Below, piece after piece: positions 43,929-55,800 of a stretch of DNA of 64,000 bases. A program made the position numbers and the translations under genes. Source of the stretch: Chloropicon primus (taxonomy: Eukaryota); NCBI GenBank assembly GCA_023205875.1, contig CP060771.1, positions 310,001-374,000 on the forward strand, written 5' to 3'. Positions within the stretch are counted from its first letter, which is position 1. Each line of letters opens with the position of its first letter. Below the pieces are notes generated by a model, which made no database searches, had not been told where the DNA came from, and saw only the letters and a program-made list of their open reading frames with translations.

Positions 43929-45794
43929 TCACGACAACCCCGCGTCATCACTGGCCTGAAAGTAAGAGTGAGGCCAAGGCAGGTCCTTGTCCCGGAGCAG
44001 CATGGAGAACTCCCACAGGGGCTCGAGGTCCCCCGAGTCCAGCTTGCTCTGCACTTCCTGAACGTTACCCAGGAAGGTCTTGGAATGGTTTTTAGGGAAG
44101 CCCAAGCCAAGCAGCCAGGTCGCCATGCACTCCGTGTTCACGTACACGTTGTAGTCCTTCAAGCTGTTGGAGCTCAGGAGAACCTTGGCGGCTTTGGCCC
44201 CGATGTTCGCCGTGAGGATCGGGACGTACACCATGAGGTCCTCAGGTTCAATGTCAAACAACCTGTCCCCGTTGAAGTAGCCCCCGATGCTCATGTACCT
44301 CAGCCTGAGCTCCTCTGCCAGAGATCTGAGATCCATCATGTCGACGGCGGACGTCTCGGTCAGGTCCGTGACGCCGTCCTTGCTGCACTCGGCCATCGTG
44401 TCCCGAAACAAGTTGTACAGCTCCTCGGTACCCATGCCGTGGTACTTTTGAATCGCGAACACCCTCGAGGCAAGCAGCATCTCCTCCAGAATCGTCTTCT
44501 CCAGCTCGGCCCAGTCCCTCAGCAGCCTGACCCCCAGATCCAGCCTGTTCGCGACCTCCTTCTTCATCTGCTCGTCATTCTCTTCCAGGAGCCTGCACAT
44601 CAGGGCCTTGAACTTGATGCCGCCCGGATCGTCACAGCCCTCGCCCTCCGCCCTCCTCACTTCCTTTGGCAATGGCATCAACCCCTGAGTCCTCAGCAAC
44701 CGGCCCAAAACAGAGAGCGATTCCACTTCCCCCCTCTCGATCTGGCCTTCCAGCTTCTCGATACCTTGGTTGAACTCGACGCTCGAGTCAAACCCCTCGA
44801 AGCCGTAGCCGGCCAAGAACCAACACATCAAGTAGTTGCTGCTGTACATGTTCAGCCTCGCAGTCTTGTGGGCATTCACAATGACTTCGGCCAGGATGGT
44901 CCCGATGTGGTACGAAAGGATGGGGAGGTGCTCGTCGTACAACGGGTCACCCGTCAGCGAGACCTCCTTCCGCTTGCCGCCCTTGAATAACTGGTAGTTT
45001 CTTGACTCCACTTCCGTGGTCAGAAAGATGGCATCGTCGGTGCGTTTCAGAACCTCCTCTGCCGTGTTGTCTTGAACAGCAAGCCACTCGTGGAAGTCCT
45101 TGAACTTCTCGTGGAGCTCCGCATTGGTTGCATTCTTGTACCACTCCACCAACTCCACCTTCCGGGCTTTCCTGGCGGCCCTTCTCCTCACCTTCTCCTC
45201 ATACACAGCTTGCTCGCAGGCGTTGAACTTCTTCACGGCTTCTTCCACGAGCAAAGTCGTCGCGATGTCGAGCCCCTTGCTGCTTTTGGCGCACGGGAAC
45301 CTGTACTCTTCCGAGGCCGAGGCCGAAGCAGCTCGCGTCTGTTGCTGAGGAGGAGGAGGAGGATGGTCCTCCACCAGGTCACTCATGTGAGGCCATGGTT
45401 TCGCCTCCGAGCCCATCCTTACTCCAGGTACACATGCACCAAACCCAGAACTCATGCCGGTGACCCCCGGCGCTGTTGTTGTATCCGAACTCATTCCAGA
45501 ACGCGCCGACTTGGCCGAGCTTCTCAAGTTGACCGCATAAGGCCATTGCAAGATATTAAAGTCCCTGCAGCGTCTTCGAAGAGTCTTGACAGATAGCTGC
45601 AGCCTCTCCGCTGCTTCCTTGAATGGATACTTGAACACGTCCTGGATATCACTCAAGCTTGTCTCGTACCTGTTCGCTCTTTTCTTCCTCCTTTGGCCTC
45701 CTCCGTGAGAGGGACTCCCTTGAGTCTGCGAACCTATCTCACTACGGGAGACCTCGCAGCTTGAGGACGCCCTTGATTGATTCCTCTCTTCCAT
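43929..45794 (-). CDS. RWP-RK domain transcription factor with duplicated C-terminal domain
   Basis: LSDIQDVFKYPFKEAAERLQLSVKTLRRRCRDFNILQWPY. Confidence 0.8.
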   Translation of the reverse strand: MEERNQSRASSSCEVSRSEIGSQTQGSPSHGGGQRRKKRANRYETSLSDIQDVFKYPFKEAAERLQLSVKTLRRRCRDFNILQWPYAVNLRSSAKSARSGMSSDTTTAPGVTGMSSGFGACVPGVRMGSEAKPWPHMSDLVEDHPPPPPQQQTRAASASASEEYRFPCAKSSKGLDIATTLLVEEAVKKFNACEQAVYEEKVRRRAARKARKVELVEWYKNATNAELHEKFKDFHEWLAVQDNTAEEVLKRTDDAIFLTTEVESRNYQLFKGGKRKEVSLTGDPLYDEHLPILSYHIGTILAEVIVNAHKTARLNMYSSNYLMCWFLAGYGFEGFDSSVEFNQGIEKLEGQIERGEVESLSVLGRLLRTQGLMPLPKEVRRAEGEGCDDPGGIKFKALMCRLLEENDEQMKKEVANRLDLGVRLLRDWAELEKTILEEMLLASRVFAIQKYHGMGTEELYNLFRDTMAECSKDGVTDLTETSAVDMMDLRSLAEELRLRYMSIGGYFNGDRLFDIEPEDLMVYVPILTANIGAKAAKVLLSSNSLKDYNVYVNTECMATWLLGLGFPKNHSKTFLGNVQEVQSKLDSGDLEPLWEFSMLLRDKDLPWPHSYFQASDDAGLS

Positions 45795-46352
45795 GATGAT
45801 CAAAGGGAATTGGCCCAAGACAAAACACACAAGCAAACAAGCAAGCAAAATGGTCTCCCTCCCTCTGTCTCTCTCTCTTGCCTTGCCTTGCCTCTGTCGA
45901 GCCTCAAGGTGACCTTGGCTTCCTCCTCCTTGTGTTGCACTGGAGGAAAAGGAAAAGGAAAAGTGGTGGTATCTTTGAGGAACCCTGGTGACGTATCGAG
46001 GAAGGGTACGAAGGGTAGGAAGGGTTTGCGTTTGCTCGCTTCACCTCCCACCTTGACTGCTGCTGCCGTCGCGACAGTCTGGCTACAGTCCATAAGAATC
46101 TTCGAAGATCCGAACAATTGATTATAGAATCGATTATTGCAAAAAGCTGGCCATTTTTTTATATTTACTTTCGAAGGTGATGGAGGCTCGTGATGGAGAA
46201 CAAGGGGAGCGCTGGTTCTTCCGATCGATCCTTCGATCCTTCGATCCTTTGATCGATCACATCCTCGTAAAAGACAAGCCTTAGCCTCAAAGCTTCCTGA
46301 TGAAAATGGTCTATTTTTACATTACAGGAAAGAAAGGTGGAGTGCAAAAGTT

Positions 46353-48440
46353 TTAGAGGGCTGCGGCCTTGGCAAGGAACTTCTTGTTCTCCGCTGGAAT
46401 TTCCGTGTACTTCTCGACAATAGCCCTGAACTCGTCCCCAGAGATCGTTTCCTTCTCCATAATGGCCTCGACCGCCTCGTCAATAGCCTCCCTGTTGTCC
46501 CTGATCTGCTGCAGGGCGACCTGGTACGCCTCGTCCGCGATGCGCTTGACCTCGCGGTCAATGGCACTCTGGAGCTTCTCGCTCATCGAGTTCCTCGCCA
46601 TCATGCGCATGATCATGTCCCCGCTCTGGTCGCTGCTTGGAGCCCAAGGACCCACGTCACTCATTCCAAAGGCGGTTACCATCTGCCTGGCCATGCTGGA
46701 CACCTGCTGCAGGTCACTGGAAGCACCAGTGGTGGTCTCGGCCCTTCCGAAGATGACCTCCTCCGCAGCCCTTCCTCCGAGCGTTCCCACGAGCCTGGCA
46801 AAGATCTGGCTCTTGGAGATCAGAGTTGGATCCTCGCCTGGAGTGAACCAGGTCAAACCCTTGGCCTGACCCCTTGGGATGATCGTCACCTTCTGCACGG
46901 GGTCGTGGCCAGGGCTCAGGGTGCCGCAAATGGCGTGTCCAACCTCGTGGTAAGCAACAAGGCTCTTGCTCTTCCCGTCGGTCATTGGGGTGCCCTCCAT
47001 ACCGGCGACGATCCTGTCGACGCTGTCGTCGATCTCCGCAAGGCTGATCTCAGTCTTGCTCCTCCTTCCCGCCAAGATGGCAGCCTCGTTGAGCAGGTTA
47101 GCGAGGTCAGCTCCGCTGAACCCTGGAGTCCTCTTGGCGATACTCTCCACGTCGACTCCCTCTCCGAGCTTCTTGTTCCTGGCGTGGACCTTCAAGATGT
47201 CGGTCCTTCCCTGCACGTCAGGAACGTCGACGGTGACCTGCCTGTCGAACCTTCCGGGCCTCAGCAGAGCTGGGTCGAGGATATCGGCCCTGTTGGTTGC
47301 CGCCACGACGATGATTCCGGTGTTTCCCTCGAAGCCGTCCATCTCCGTCAGGAGCTGGTTCAGGGTCTGCTCCCTCTCGTCGTTGCCTCCTCCAATGCCG
47401 GTGCCTCTGGACCTTCCAACGGCATCGATCTCATCCACGAAAACGATGCAAGGGGCGTTCTCCTTGGCCTTCTTGAAGAGATCCCTGACCCTGGAAGCAC
47501 CAACACCGACGAACATCTCGACGAACTCGGAGCCGGAGATGGAGAAGAAGGGCACGCCCGCCTCTCCGGCGATGGCCTTGGCAAGCAAAGTCTTTCCGGT
47601 ACCGGGTGGCCCGACCAGCAAGACGCCCTTTGGAATCCTCGCGCCGACAGCCGTGAACTTCTCTGGCCTCTTCAGGAACTCGACGACCTCCATGAAGTCG
47701 TTCTTGGCCTCGTTGACGCCGGCGACGTCGTCGAACATCACTCCGGTGTTCGGCTCCATCTGGAACTTCGCCTTGGACTTGGCGAACCCAAGAGGGTTCC
47801 CTGGACCTCCACCGCCGCCCATTCCGTCCCCGCCGTTCCTCCTGGAAAGGAAGAAGAGTCCACCGATCAGGAGCAGCGGGAAAGCCAAGTTCCCGAGGAG
47901 AGACAGGAACACAGTCGACCCGTCCTCCTGCGGCGCGTGCGACGCAAAGTCAACCTTCTTCGCCTTCAACTGCCTCAGGAGCTCCTGAGACGTTCCAGGA
48001 AGCTGCACACGGACCCTCTGAATCCTGTTCCCAACCTCCGGACTCACAGCTTCCACAATCGCCGTCGTCCCATTGTCATACAAGTCCACCTTCTTCACCC
48101 TATCCAAGTCAAGATACTCGAGAAACCTCGAGTAACTCATCCGAGACGACGCAACCGTCTCGTTGTCCGCCGCCATTGCCATCTTCGTCCCTTGCATGGA
48201 TGCGAACGCCGTCGCTCCCAACGCAATCCTTTTCAGCAAACCTCTCTTCCCTTCATCCACAACAACCTCAACATCGACAACATCTTCATCACGTTGGTGT
48301 TGCTTTGCTCTTCTCATGATGGTGAGCCTCTTCCTCGAGGAACTCGTCCTCGACGTCGTCGCGAGGAGGGAAGGCAAGGTCCTCGCCCTCGTCGCTCTCG
48401 TCACCCTCGTCGTCGTCGCTCTCGTCATGGTCATACTCAT
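46353..48440 (-). CDS. FTSH2: Thylakoid FtsH protease, type B (FtsH2/VAR2)
   Basis: [33 protein letters not shown]; twin-arginine-like KRGLL transfer signal. Confidence 0.95.
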   Translation of the reverse strand: MSMTMTRATTTRVTRATRARTLPSLLATTSRTSSSRKRLTIMRRAKQHQRDEDVVDVEVVVDEGKRGLLKRIALGATAFASMQGTKMAMAADNETVASSRMSYSRFLEYLDLDRVKKVDLYDNGTTAIVEAVSPEVGNRIQRVRVQLPGTSQELLRQLKAKKVDFASHAPQEDGSTVFLSLLGNLAFPLLLIGGLFFLSRRNGGDGMGGGGGPGNPLGFAKSKAKFQMEPNTGVMFDDVAGVNEAKNDFMEVVEFLKRPEKFTAVGARIPKGVLLVGPPGTGKTLLAKAIAGEAGVPFFSISGSEFVEMFVGVGASRVRDLFKKAKENAPCIVFVDEIDAVGRSRGTGIGGGNDEREQTLNQLLTEMDGFEGNTGIIVVAATNRADILDPALLRPGRFDRQVTVDVPDVQGRTDILKVHARNKKLGEGVDVESIAKRTPGFSGADLANLLNEAAILAGRRSKTEISLAEIDDSVDRIVAGMEGTPMTDGKSKSLVAYHEVGHAICGTLSPGHDPVQKVTIIPRGQAKGLTWFTPGEDPTLISKSQIFARLVGTLGGRAAEEVIFGRAETTTGASSDLQQVSSMARQMVTAFGMSDVGPWAPSSDQSGDMIMRMMARNSMSEKLQSAIDREVKRIADEAYQVALQQIRDNREAIDEAVEAIMEKETISGDEFRAIVEKYTEIPAENKKFLAKAAAL

Positions 48441-48546
48441 CCTCTGTCGCCGTCGTCCTCGTCCCCTTCTGTTCCTCTTCTCTCTCTCTTCTTTTCTCTT
48501 GGCCGAGAGATCTCTCTCTCTCTCTCGATCTCAACCAAGCAAATTG

Positions 48547-48681
48547 TGGACTTTTCCCAAAATAAATTCTAATTCGTTAACGTGGGAAAACCTGTTGGGA
48601 CGAGAATTCAAATTTGAAATGGGGTGGAAATGTGACCTCAGCCGAGTTATTAATAGGGGAGAGGATATACATAGACCTCGG
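48547..48681. repeat. 135-bp direct repeat, copy 1 (copy 2 at 50817-50951)
   Basis: Identical by eye: tggacttttcccaaaataaattc...atagacctcgg. Confidence 0.95.
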
Positions 48682-48805
48682 AGCCAGAGATGAAGTTGTC
48701 AAAGTGAATCCCTTTATGGGCACGAGTGAAGGAATCAACAGAACGATCCTATGAATCGATGGACGAACTCCTCTCATACATGTTTAACCATGGTAGGAGA
48801 CCTCT

Positions 48806-49517
48806 CTAGTTTGCGCAGTAATGCGGTTTGTACCCCTCTGTGATAAAATCGATATCTTGCTGCTCCAACGTGGCTCCCTTGTCAAAGCAGGCGGGCGTGG
48901 TTTCCTTGCCAAAGATATTCGCGCTGTTGGCAAAGCTGATGGTCTTCTCTACTCCATCGCCGGATCTAACAATATCCTCAATCTCTGGCAAGACTATCTC
49001 TGGCGCAAACTGCCTGTCCTTCGAAGACTGCCTGCTCAGCCTCTTGCAACTGAAGGGAGAGGACACGGTGTCCCAGGTCATGCCATTGCCGCTGTTGAGG
49101 GCCGAGGAAGAAAGACAGATGTCCATCACAGCTCGCACCGAAGCCGCGTCCCTATCTTCGTAAGATACTCTCTCAAAGAGACCCTTGTTCAAGCAGTCGG
49201 TCACTTTCTCCACGAAACTGGCGCGCCATTCACAAGCAGAGGAAAGAGGAAAGTCAGATCATCCGAGGCGCGCGTGGAATCGAAAACGAAGTTTGAAGCA
49301 AACTCACCTGCACTTGACGTTCCTGCAGTTTGCGAGAGCTGCGCTTGCATTCGTGATCGCGTCAACGTAAGAGGTCTTGCAACCGGATTCAACCAAGTAA
49401 GCTCGGTCATCGTCCGAGGAGAAGCCAGGCACTGGGAGCTGGCCGAACAGGGATGTTGGGAAGTAGTCGGCCCCCCACGCCCTCTGAAGCTTTCTTGGAA
49501 GCTTGCAGCCCGTCAAC

Positions 49518-49568
<51 letters not shown>

Positions 49569-50574
49569 GAAGCGAGTCAGTCGTGGTGGTGAGGGGATCC
49601 GGCCAAAGCAGAGAGAGGGAGGAGGAAGGGACGGCTGTCGTACTTCTTGTAGACTTGGAGAAAGTTGAGGTCGTCTTCTGGGTCTGCTGTGGTGTAAGCG
49701 TAGTTCACCTCTCTCTGCACATCCATGGGCACCGCGCCATCTTTGATGTTGCTTCGGCCTTCATCCACGAAGAACTTGAACCAAAAGGCGGTGGTGGGCA
49801 CCTCGGGGTCAGCCTTGGGCTTGAGACTCTCTGGAATCTTGAAGACCAAGACATTGCCTAGTTCGAGTCCCCCAGTTTTGATGAACGCGTCCTTTTTGGT
49901 TGGAATGGCGAAACCAGCCTGGTGGCAAAGAGATGAAGGATGGGAAGAGACACAGAGTCAGGAAGGAGGAAGTGCAGAGGGGAGCGGAGAGAGGGAGGAT
50001 GACTCACCAGGGTTTTCATTCCGGTCAAGAACTTGAGAGTGTCCTCGCACCCTCCCTTGCCGTAAAGTGCGCTAAGCTGAAGCCAGGCCTGAAGGCCGAG
50101 GTAGTTGGTCACAAAGTTCTCCTCCCTGCTGCCGAGGTTAGTCACGGTGTCGTTTACGTCCTGCGGACCAATTCTCGCGAAGAGGGAGGTGGATACGCAA
50201 GGAAGGTTCTTCACGTCCTTGCTTCCCGCGACGCGAGAGAGGGCGTCCCAGAACCCTGCCGGATCCGTTATGTTGCACTCTGATCCGTCATCAGGGCGAG
50301 GGATTCGGCCCCAGAACTGAGACAGATCCCTCCGCCCCGACCCGTTGTCGATGTCTTCGTCATCGATGTATAGGGAATCCATCCGGCCCTCCTCGGGGTG
50401 CCTCCTGTTTCGCCACTCCCTCCTTTCGTTTCTCCACTCGTCCCTCCTCTCGCTTCTCCACTCGTCCCTCTCGTTTCTCCACTCGTACCTCTCGCTTCTC
50501 CAATCGTCGTACGCGGAGACGGAGGCAGACATGAGCGTCGCGAGGACGGCGAGGGTGACGACGGCCTTCTTCAT
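48806..50574 (-). CDS. Uncharacterised secreted Cys-containing protein (introns 49919-50007, 49518-49643, 49218-49307)
   Basis: Signal peptide, (E/D)WR(S/N)ER repeats; four exons join in frame through GT-AG sites. Confidence 0.7.
49520..49566. repeat. (AG)n microsatellite (polypyrimidine tract of a minus-strand intron); similar tracts at 18716, 61075 and elsewhere
   Basis: Directly visible. Confidence 0.95.
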
Positions 50575-50816
50575 CGTACTCGGCGTCGCGGCTTGGTTGC
50601 AGTTGCAGTTTCTAGGCGAGCGTTACGGAGGCGAGAAGGCACGAAATAAGTTGTAACCGCCGAAGGCCGAGCTTGCGTGCGGGGCGAGAGGTTCCCATTC
50701 GATCGGACTCCTCGGGTGGATCGCGCGACGATTACCATGTAGCGATAAACTCATGGCCCATCCATCAATCACCCTGTGGACCATGGGGAGCATCGGCGAG
50801 AGAATATGGGGTGAAT

Positions 50817-50951
50817 TGGACTTTTCCCAAAATAAATTCTAATTCGTTAACGTGGGAAAACCTGTTGGGACGAGAATTCAAATTTGAAATGGGGTGGAAA
50901 TGTGACCTCAGCCGAGTTATTAATAGGGGAGAGGATATACATAGACCTCGG
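50817..50951. repeat. 135-bp direct repeat, copy 2
   Basis: Matches 48547-48681. Confidence 0.95.
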
Positions 50952-51141
50952 TGGAACCCAATGCCCTCGGGGTACACCGTGACATGACATGGAGCTGGAG
51001 CTTGGATTGCATATGCTTGGAAGGTTTAGAAAACTTCTTGATGCCAAAAAATCCATCCACGAAAAGTAGGCTCTTTCGTTCTTCCTACGTGCCAAAGGCT
51101 TCACAACAACAACAACAACACCCCCTCGCCGCGCCGCTTCG

Positions 51142-51772
51142 TCACTCCGGCGCCGCAACTTGAGGCGCACTGGTGGCTGCCGGAGGAAGGTTCCTGGCCC
51201 TCTGGACCTCCTCGAGAGATATCACTTGGGCAGAATCCGCATCGCTCGTGGCTTTCTGCAAGAAGAACGTCGCGCCGTCGTTGTAAGACTTTGCAGCCAG
51301 GCCACCCGCAAGGCCCGTCAGCAGGATCGCGACGTAGATAAAGTTCTGAAACAAGAGGCCAACCACATTGAACTTCTCGTCCGCCCAGGGGTCCTCCCTG
51401 AACTCCGGGGGGAAGTCCGACCTGTCCTCCTGCACCAACCACAGTCGTCGTCGTCGTCGTCGTATTCGAGGAGCAAACACACCACACAACAAAAAGAATG
51501 TCAGAGCGGCTTGCACTCGATGCACATCCATCCATTCCCTGTAAAGGGGGAGCAATTCTTACCTCCTGACTCCTAAGAGAGACGCCGGCCGCCGCCTTCC
51601 CCTTCCGGCGCCCCACAACAATACAAGACCCCGCCGGCGACGACGACGACGACGAGCACCGTGCCCGACTTCCGTAAACAGAACCACTCGCTCCGGCGCT
51701 TCCTCTGCCACTCATCAAAGCTGTGCACCATCCAAGAGCCGGTGCCGATGCACATGCTCTGGACGAAACCAT
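51142..51772 (-). CDS. Small probably plastid-targeted single-TM protein (intron 51430-51562)
   Basis: Ser/Arg-rich transit-like N-terminus; spliced RSQE|EDRSDF; one hydrophobic helix. Confidence 0.6.
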
Positions 51773-52847
51773 TGCCTTCCACTCTTTGCTCCTCTGCCTC
51801 TCAGACTGCAAACCAACAATCATCATCACCACAATTTAGTCTCTCAAATCCTTATCCCTCGGCCAACTCTGTCAAGCGACGGCTCATTGGAAAGATCACG
51901 ACCTGACGGTTCCAAAACTCGCACCAGACACGTCCCCTCAAAAAAAAACTTACCTCCTCCCTCTTCCTCCCTCTCTCACTCCTGCCTCTCTCTCTCTCTC
52001 TCTCTCTGATGTCTGTTGTCTGATGACAGCTTTCGGATGGACCACTACGGTTGACGAAGCCTTCGAGCCGCAACCGTTACCTTGTGACGTAACGCTTCGC
52101 TTCTTCCGCCTCAAAGCAAGTCCCTCTCACTCTCACTCTCTCCCTCTGGAAAGAGTGTCCTCTCTGATGAGATGAAGATGATGATGATGATGAGATGATG
52201 AAGATGATGAAGAAGACCTCGCCGTGTGAATCCGGCTACCAAACGGATCAACCAGGGTATCAATGGAAAGATTTCGAGCTCTAGTTTCGTCCAGTATCCT
52301 TGCCCTCCCCCCTTGCCGCTTCCTCGCCCCTGTGTTCGCTCCGGAACGCCGTGGTCTTCTCGGCTGATGGCTGTGAGCCACTCAAATGAAAAGTGCATTC
52401 ATCCCTAGGACAAGGGAGGGACTGGCCATCGAACGAAAGAGGTGAGTTTGCCGAGGTCTCCTGAGCTAGGGAGGGCGTTACGGCGAGCTTGAAGGCAATA
52501 AATCCAAAGTACAACTCACGATCTTTCCGTCGACTTCTTGCTTGACTCGTTTGGCGCTCTGATGAAGTTTTTGTAGACTGAAACGTTTGTTCTCTTGCCT
52601 TGGGTTTTGGGTTGGGTGTTCCTCACACAAAGGTGAGTTTGTGGATGCTTTAGGCGAAGGGGACGGCGAGAGAGGCAGCCGCGAGTGAATCCACATTGAG
52701 TTGCTCTTTCCATAGAGCATTCACTCGAATGGTTGGACGCTCTGGTGAAAGTTTGACTGAAAGTTTTTGGCAATCCAACCAACCTCATCAATTCTCTCCC
52801 ACCACCAGCAACTGGCTCACCAGCAGCTTGAGATCTTGTCCGTCGAG

Positions 52848-55800
52848 ATGGTTGCTGCTGCACTAGAGGAGAGGAGGATCGACCTGTACATGTCCCTCTC
52901 CCGTGGAGGGAGTGCTGGACTCACAAGCCAGGAGGAACTTCTTGTCGCCCACAACTTGGGTTCCCTAAGTCACCTGACTCGGTTCCTGTGTCAAGACATA
53001 GTGACGAGTGACAGGAAGCTGAGCTCGACGGCTTTGTTCATGTGCGTGACATGCAAAAAGGAAGTCTACCGGAACTTTGACATGGCAGCCATAGCGAGAA
53101 GCTGCACGGAATCGATGAGGCAGGAGCATGGTGGTAAAGCACTGTTGGTCCGAGCGTTGGCGAGGACGCTCGCTTGCGGCTACGAGTACCCTTTGTGCCA
53201 AGAGGAGGAAGCAGGGAGAGCGAGAGGGGAGTGGAAAAGATCCATCAGAGCGATTGTGAAGTGTGCATTTGGTGTGACAACTCGTGGTGGCGACGAGGAG
53301 GCTGCAGCAGCATCCGTTAGCGCGTTGAAAGGTCTCGAGGACTTGGTGTCACTGATCCTTCGACGACGGGCCTCGAAGCTTGGAGTGAGCGAGGTCGACT
53401 CGGATGATGGTGAGATCTTGGGCAAGAGGTCCGGCCACTCGTTCTGGGACGCGTGGAGGCACAGGAAGGCATTCGAGAGGGACCTCGAATTCATTGTCCG
53501 GAGCGAGGTGATCGGGGGCACGAAGGCCACGATGCAGTTCTCGGCACTCTTGAGCTCCATCCACGACCGTGCGAGGAAAGTTGTCTTGAGCTGCGTCAGG
53601 AAGTGCTTGGAGCTCTGCGGGTTGGAGGACGAGTTTCACGCTCAGCTTTGGCACAGCTTCATGGAATCCAATTCACTTCTCGGGTCTCAGGCTCCTGAAA
53701 CCAGGCTGGAAGCTTGCCTCCTGGCCATTAGCCTGGCACTGATGCGCGACGAAAGCTCCCAGCTCCTCGAGAGTGCGGTCTTCCAGGGATTGGAGCTGCT
53801 GCTCAGCTCGCGAGGGAGGGTCGTGGGAATCTCGTGCCCAGAATTGTGGGCGCTCACGCTGAACAGCTTCCGCCTGCTCCCCTTGGACAAAGTAGGAGTT
53901 CTGACAAAGCTCTCGGCCAAGATCGGGACTCACTTGAAGGAATCCCTGGACCTGTCGCACCCAGACGGCGGTGCTCAGCCCGTGTGCACCGAGGAGCTGG
54001 ACTTGGTTGCTCTTTGGGTCGTGCAGACCGTTCATGTGCTGTTTCGGGAGCTCAGGTGCAGAGGAGACTGGACGAGCGGTGTCACCATCTCCTCGGCTCT
54101 GGGCCTGGACGATGGCAGCATCGGGAGCTCGGGCGGGTCCTTCCAAGACAGGGTCTTCGCTTGCCTGTCCGAGAGCATGTGCCTGCGGCTTAAGGAGGAA
54201 GCCATGCAGGTGGAGGAAGCAGACCCGGTTGACATGGCGTATGCCCAGGAGCCAAGGCACGCAAACGTCCTTCTTTGGCTTGAAATGGCGGTGAAAGCGT
54301 TAGGAGAGTTTGGGATGTACAAGGACGAGAGATTGAGGGCGGAGGGTGGAGAGGTCGCGATCTCGCCCTTGAGCGTCCTCGCTCTGACTGCATACTCCAA
54401 CCTTTTGCACTCTTGCCTTTGCCTCTCACACTGCCTGAGGGGCAAAGGAGCGGGGGAGTGCTACGAGAAGGCCCAGTTCTTGGATCAGATGCTGAAGCAC
54501 CTGGTGTACGACGTGCTCGACAACTTCAAGGCCGGTGGAGCGAATCAGTCCCACCAGGTAGTTTACCTGGACGCGCTGCATGGAGTTGTCTGCCACTCTG
54601 ACGTGGTGACGGAGAACAAAGTAATCCTCCAGACTAATGTGCGAGGCGCGCTTGGGAAGGAGGAGCGGCAACGGGTGTTGGAGGAAGCAACGCAGATGAG
54701 CTTGGTCGGCAAAGTTATCCATGTGTTCAAAGAGGTCCTCCTGGCACGCTGCATGGATATAGAGCAAGGATCTGTGAACTCGAGATCCTCCCACCTTTAC
54801 GAGGAGGCCTTCTTGTCCCTTTGCTCCATTGCGGAAGCCTACGTGTCTCGCTGCCTGGACAGGATGATTGAATTCGGCCCGGAGCAGGAGAGGGGGGCCC
54901 TCATGTTCATCCCCCTCCTGTCAGTCCTGCAAGGGTTTGCCCAATCAGAGAAGCTTGACCAGTCCTCGAGAGAGCAGCTCCAAATTTGCATCGAGAGCAT
55001 CCTGAAGAGCTCAAAGGCTCGCCAGCAAAAGCAAGGGAAGAGTGAGCAATCCTCCCCGATGCTCTCGTCGTTTCTGGACGCGATGCCTCCCACCCTCCTG
55101 GCCCTCCCCAACGGGGAGAGGGCAAAGGCAGACCTAGGAGCCGTCCTCGGTGGAACGCGCTTCACGTGCAGGAGAACCATGTTGGAAGAGGCCGGGCCGA
55201 GCCATTCGCGGAGTTGGTCCCCCCTTGGTGATCTGACTGCCTTCAATGCAGGGCCGGAGGAGTGCGCGGGTCGGCTCAGAGTCATGTTTCCACCCAAGCA
55301 AACCTTGTCGTCCGCGGGCGATCTCCTGCACATGAAAGTGACCCATGCCCCGTTGGGCGGTTACGATCGTAACAACGCGGAAGCTTTGAGAAAGAGGTGC
55401 TCCTGCATCCACCTCGCTGTCCACGTCGAGATCGTAAGCGAGGCGGCTTTCAAAAGAGTTTGCATTACCTTGGGGTCAACGGGACCGTGCAGGATAGACA
55501 AGAGGGTGATCGAGCTCCGGGACGTCTCACCCGGGGAGCGGAGAAGCTTCGACGTTCTCGTGGACATTTTTGAGTTTGGAAAGTGCTGCCTGGTTCCCCA
55601 AGTCCTGGGTGTCGCGGGGGTGACGACGAGCTCGTCGTCCAGCGCTGGATCTCAACATCCAAAAGGTTTGCGCTTCTATTCGGACGGGCCTCCAGCGTAC
55701 TTGGCGCTCACGGAAGAGCCAAGCCTCGCAGGAGATGAGAAGCACATCGAGTACACCTTCTCCCCTCTTCACTTTGGCATGGAATTGCAGTTGAGGCCCT

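Noticed and set aside
48547..50951. LTR retrotransposon interpretation of the 135-bp repeats
   Set aside because: No TG...CA ends, PBS, gag/pol or TSD seen; the enclosed gene has introns
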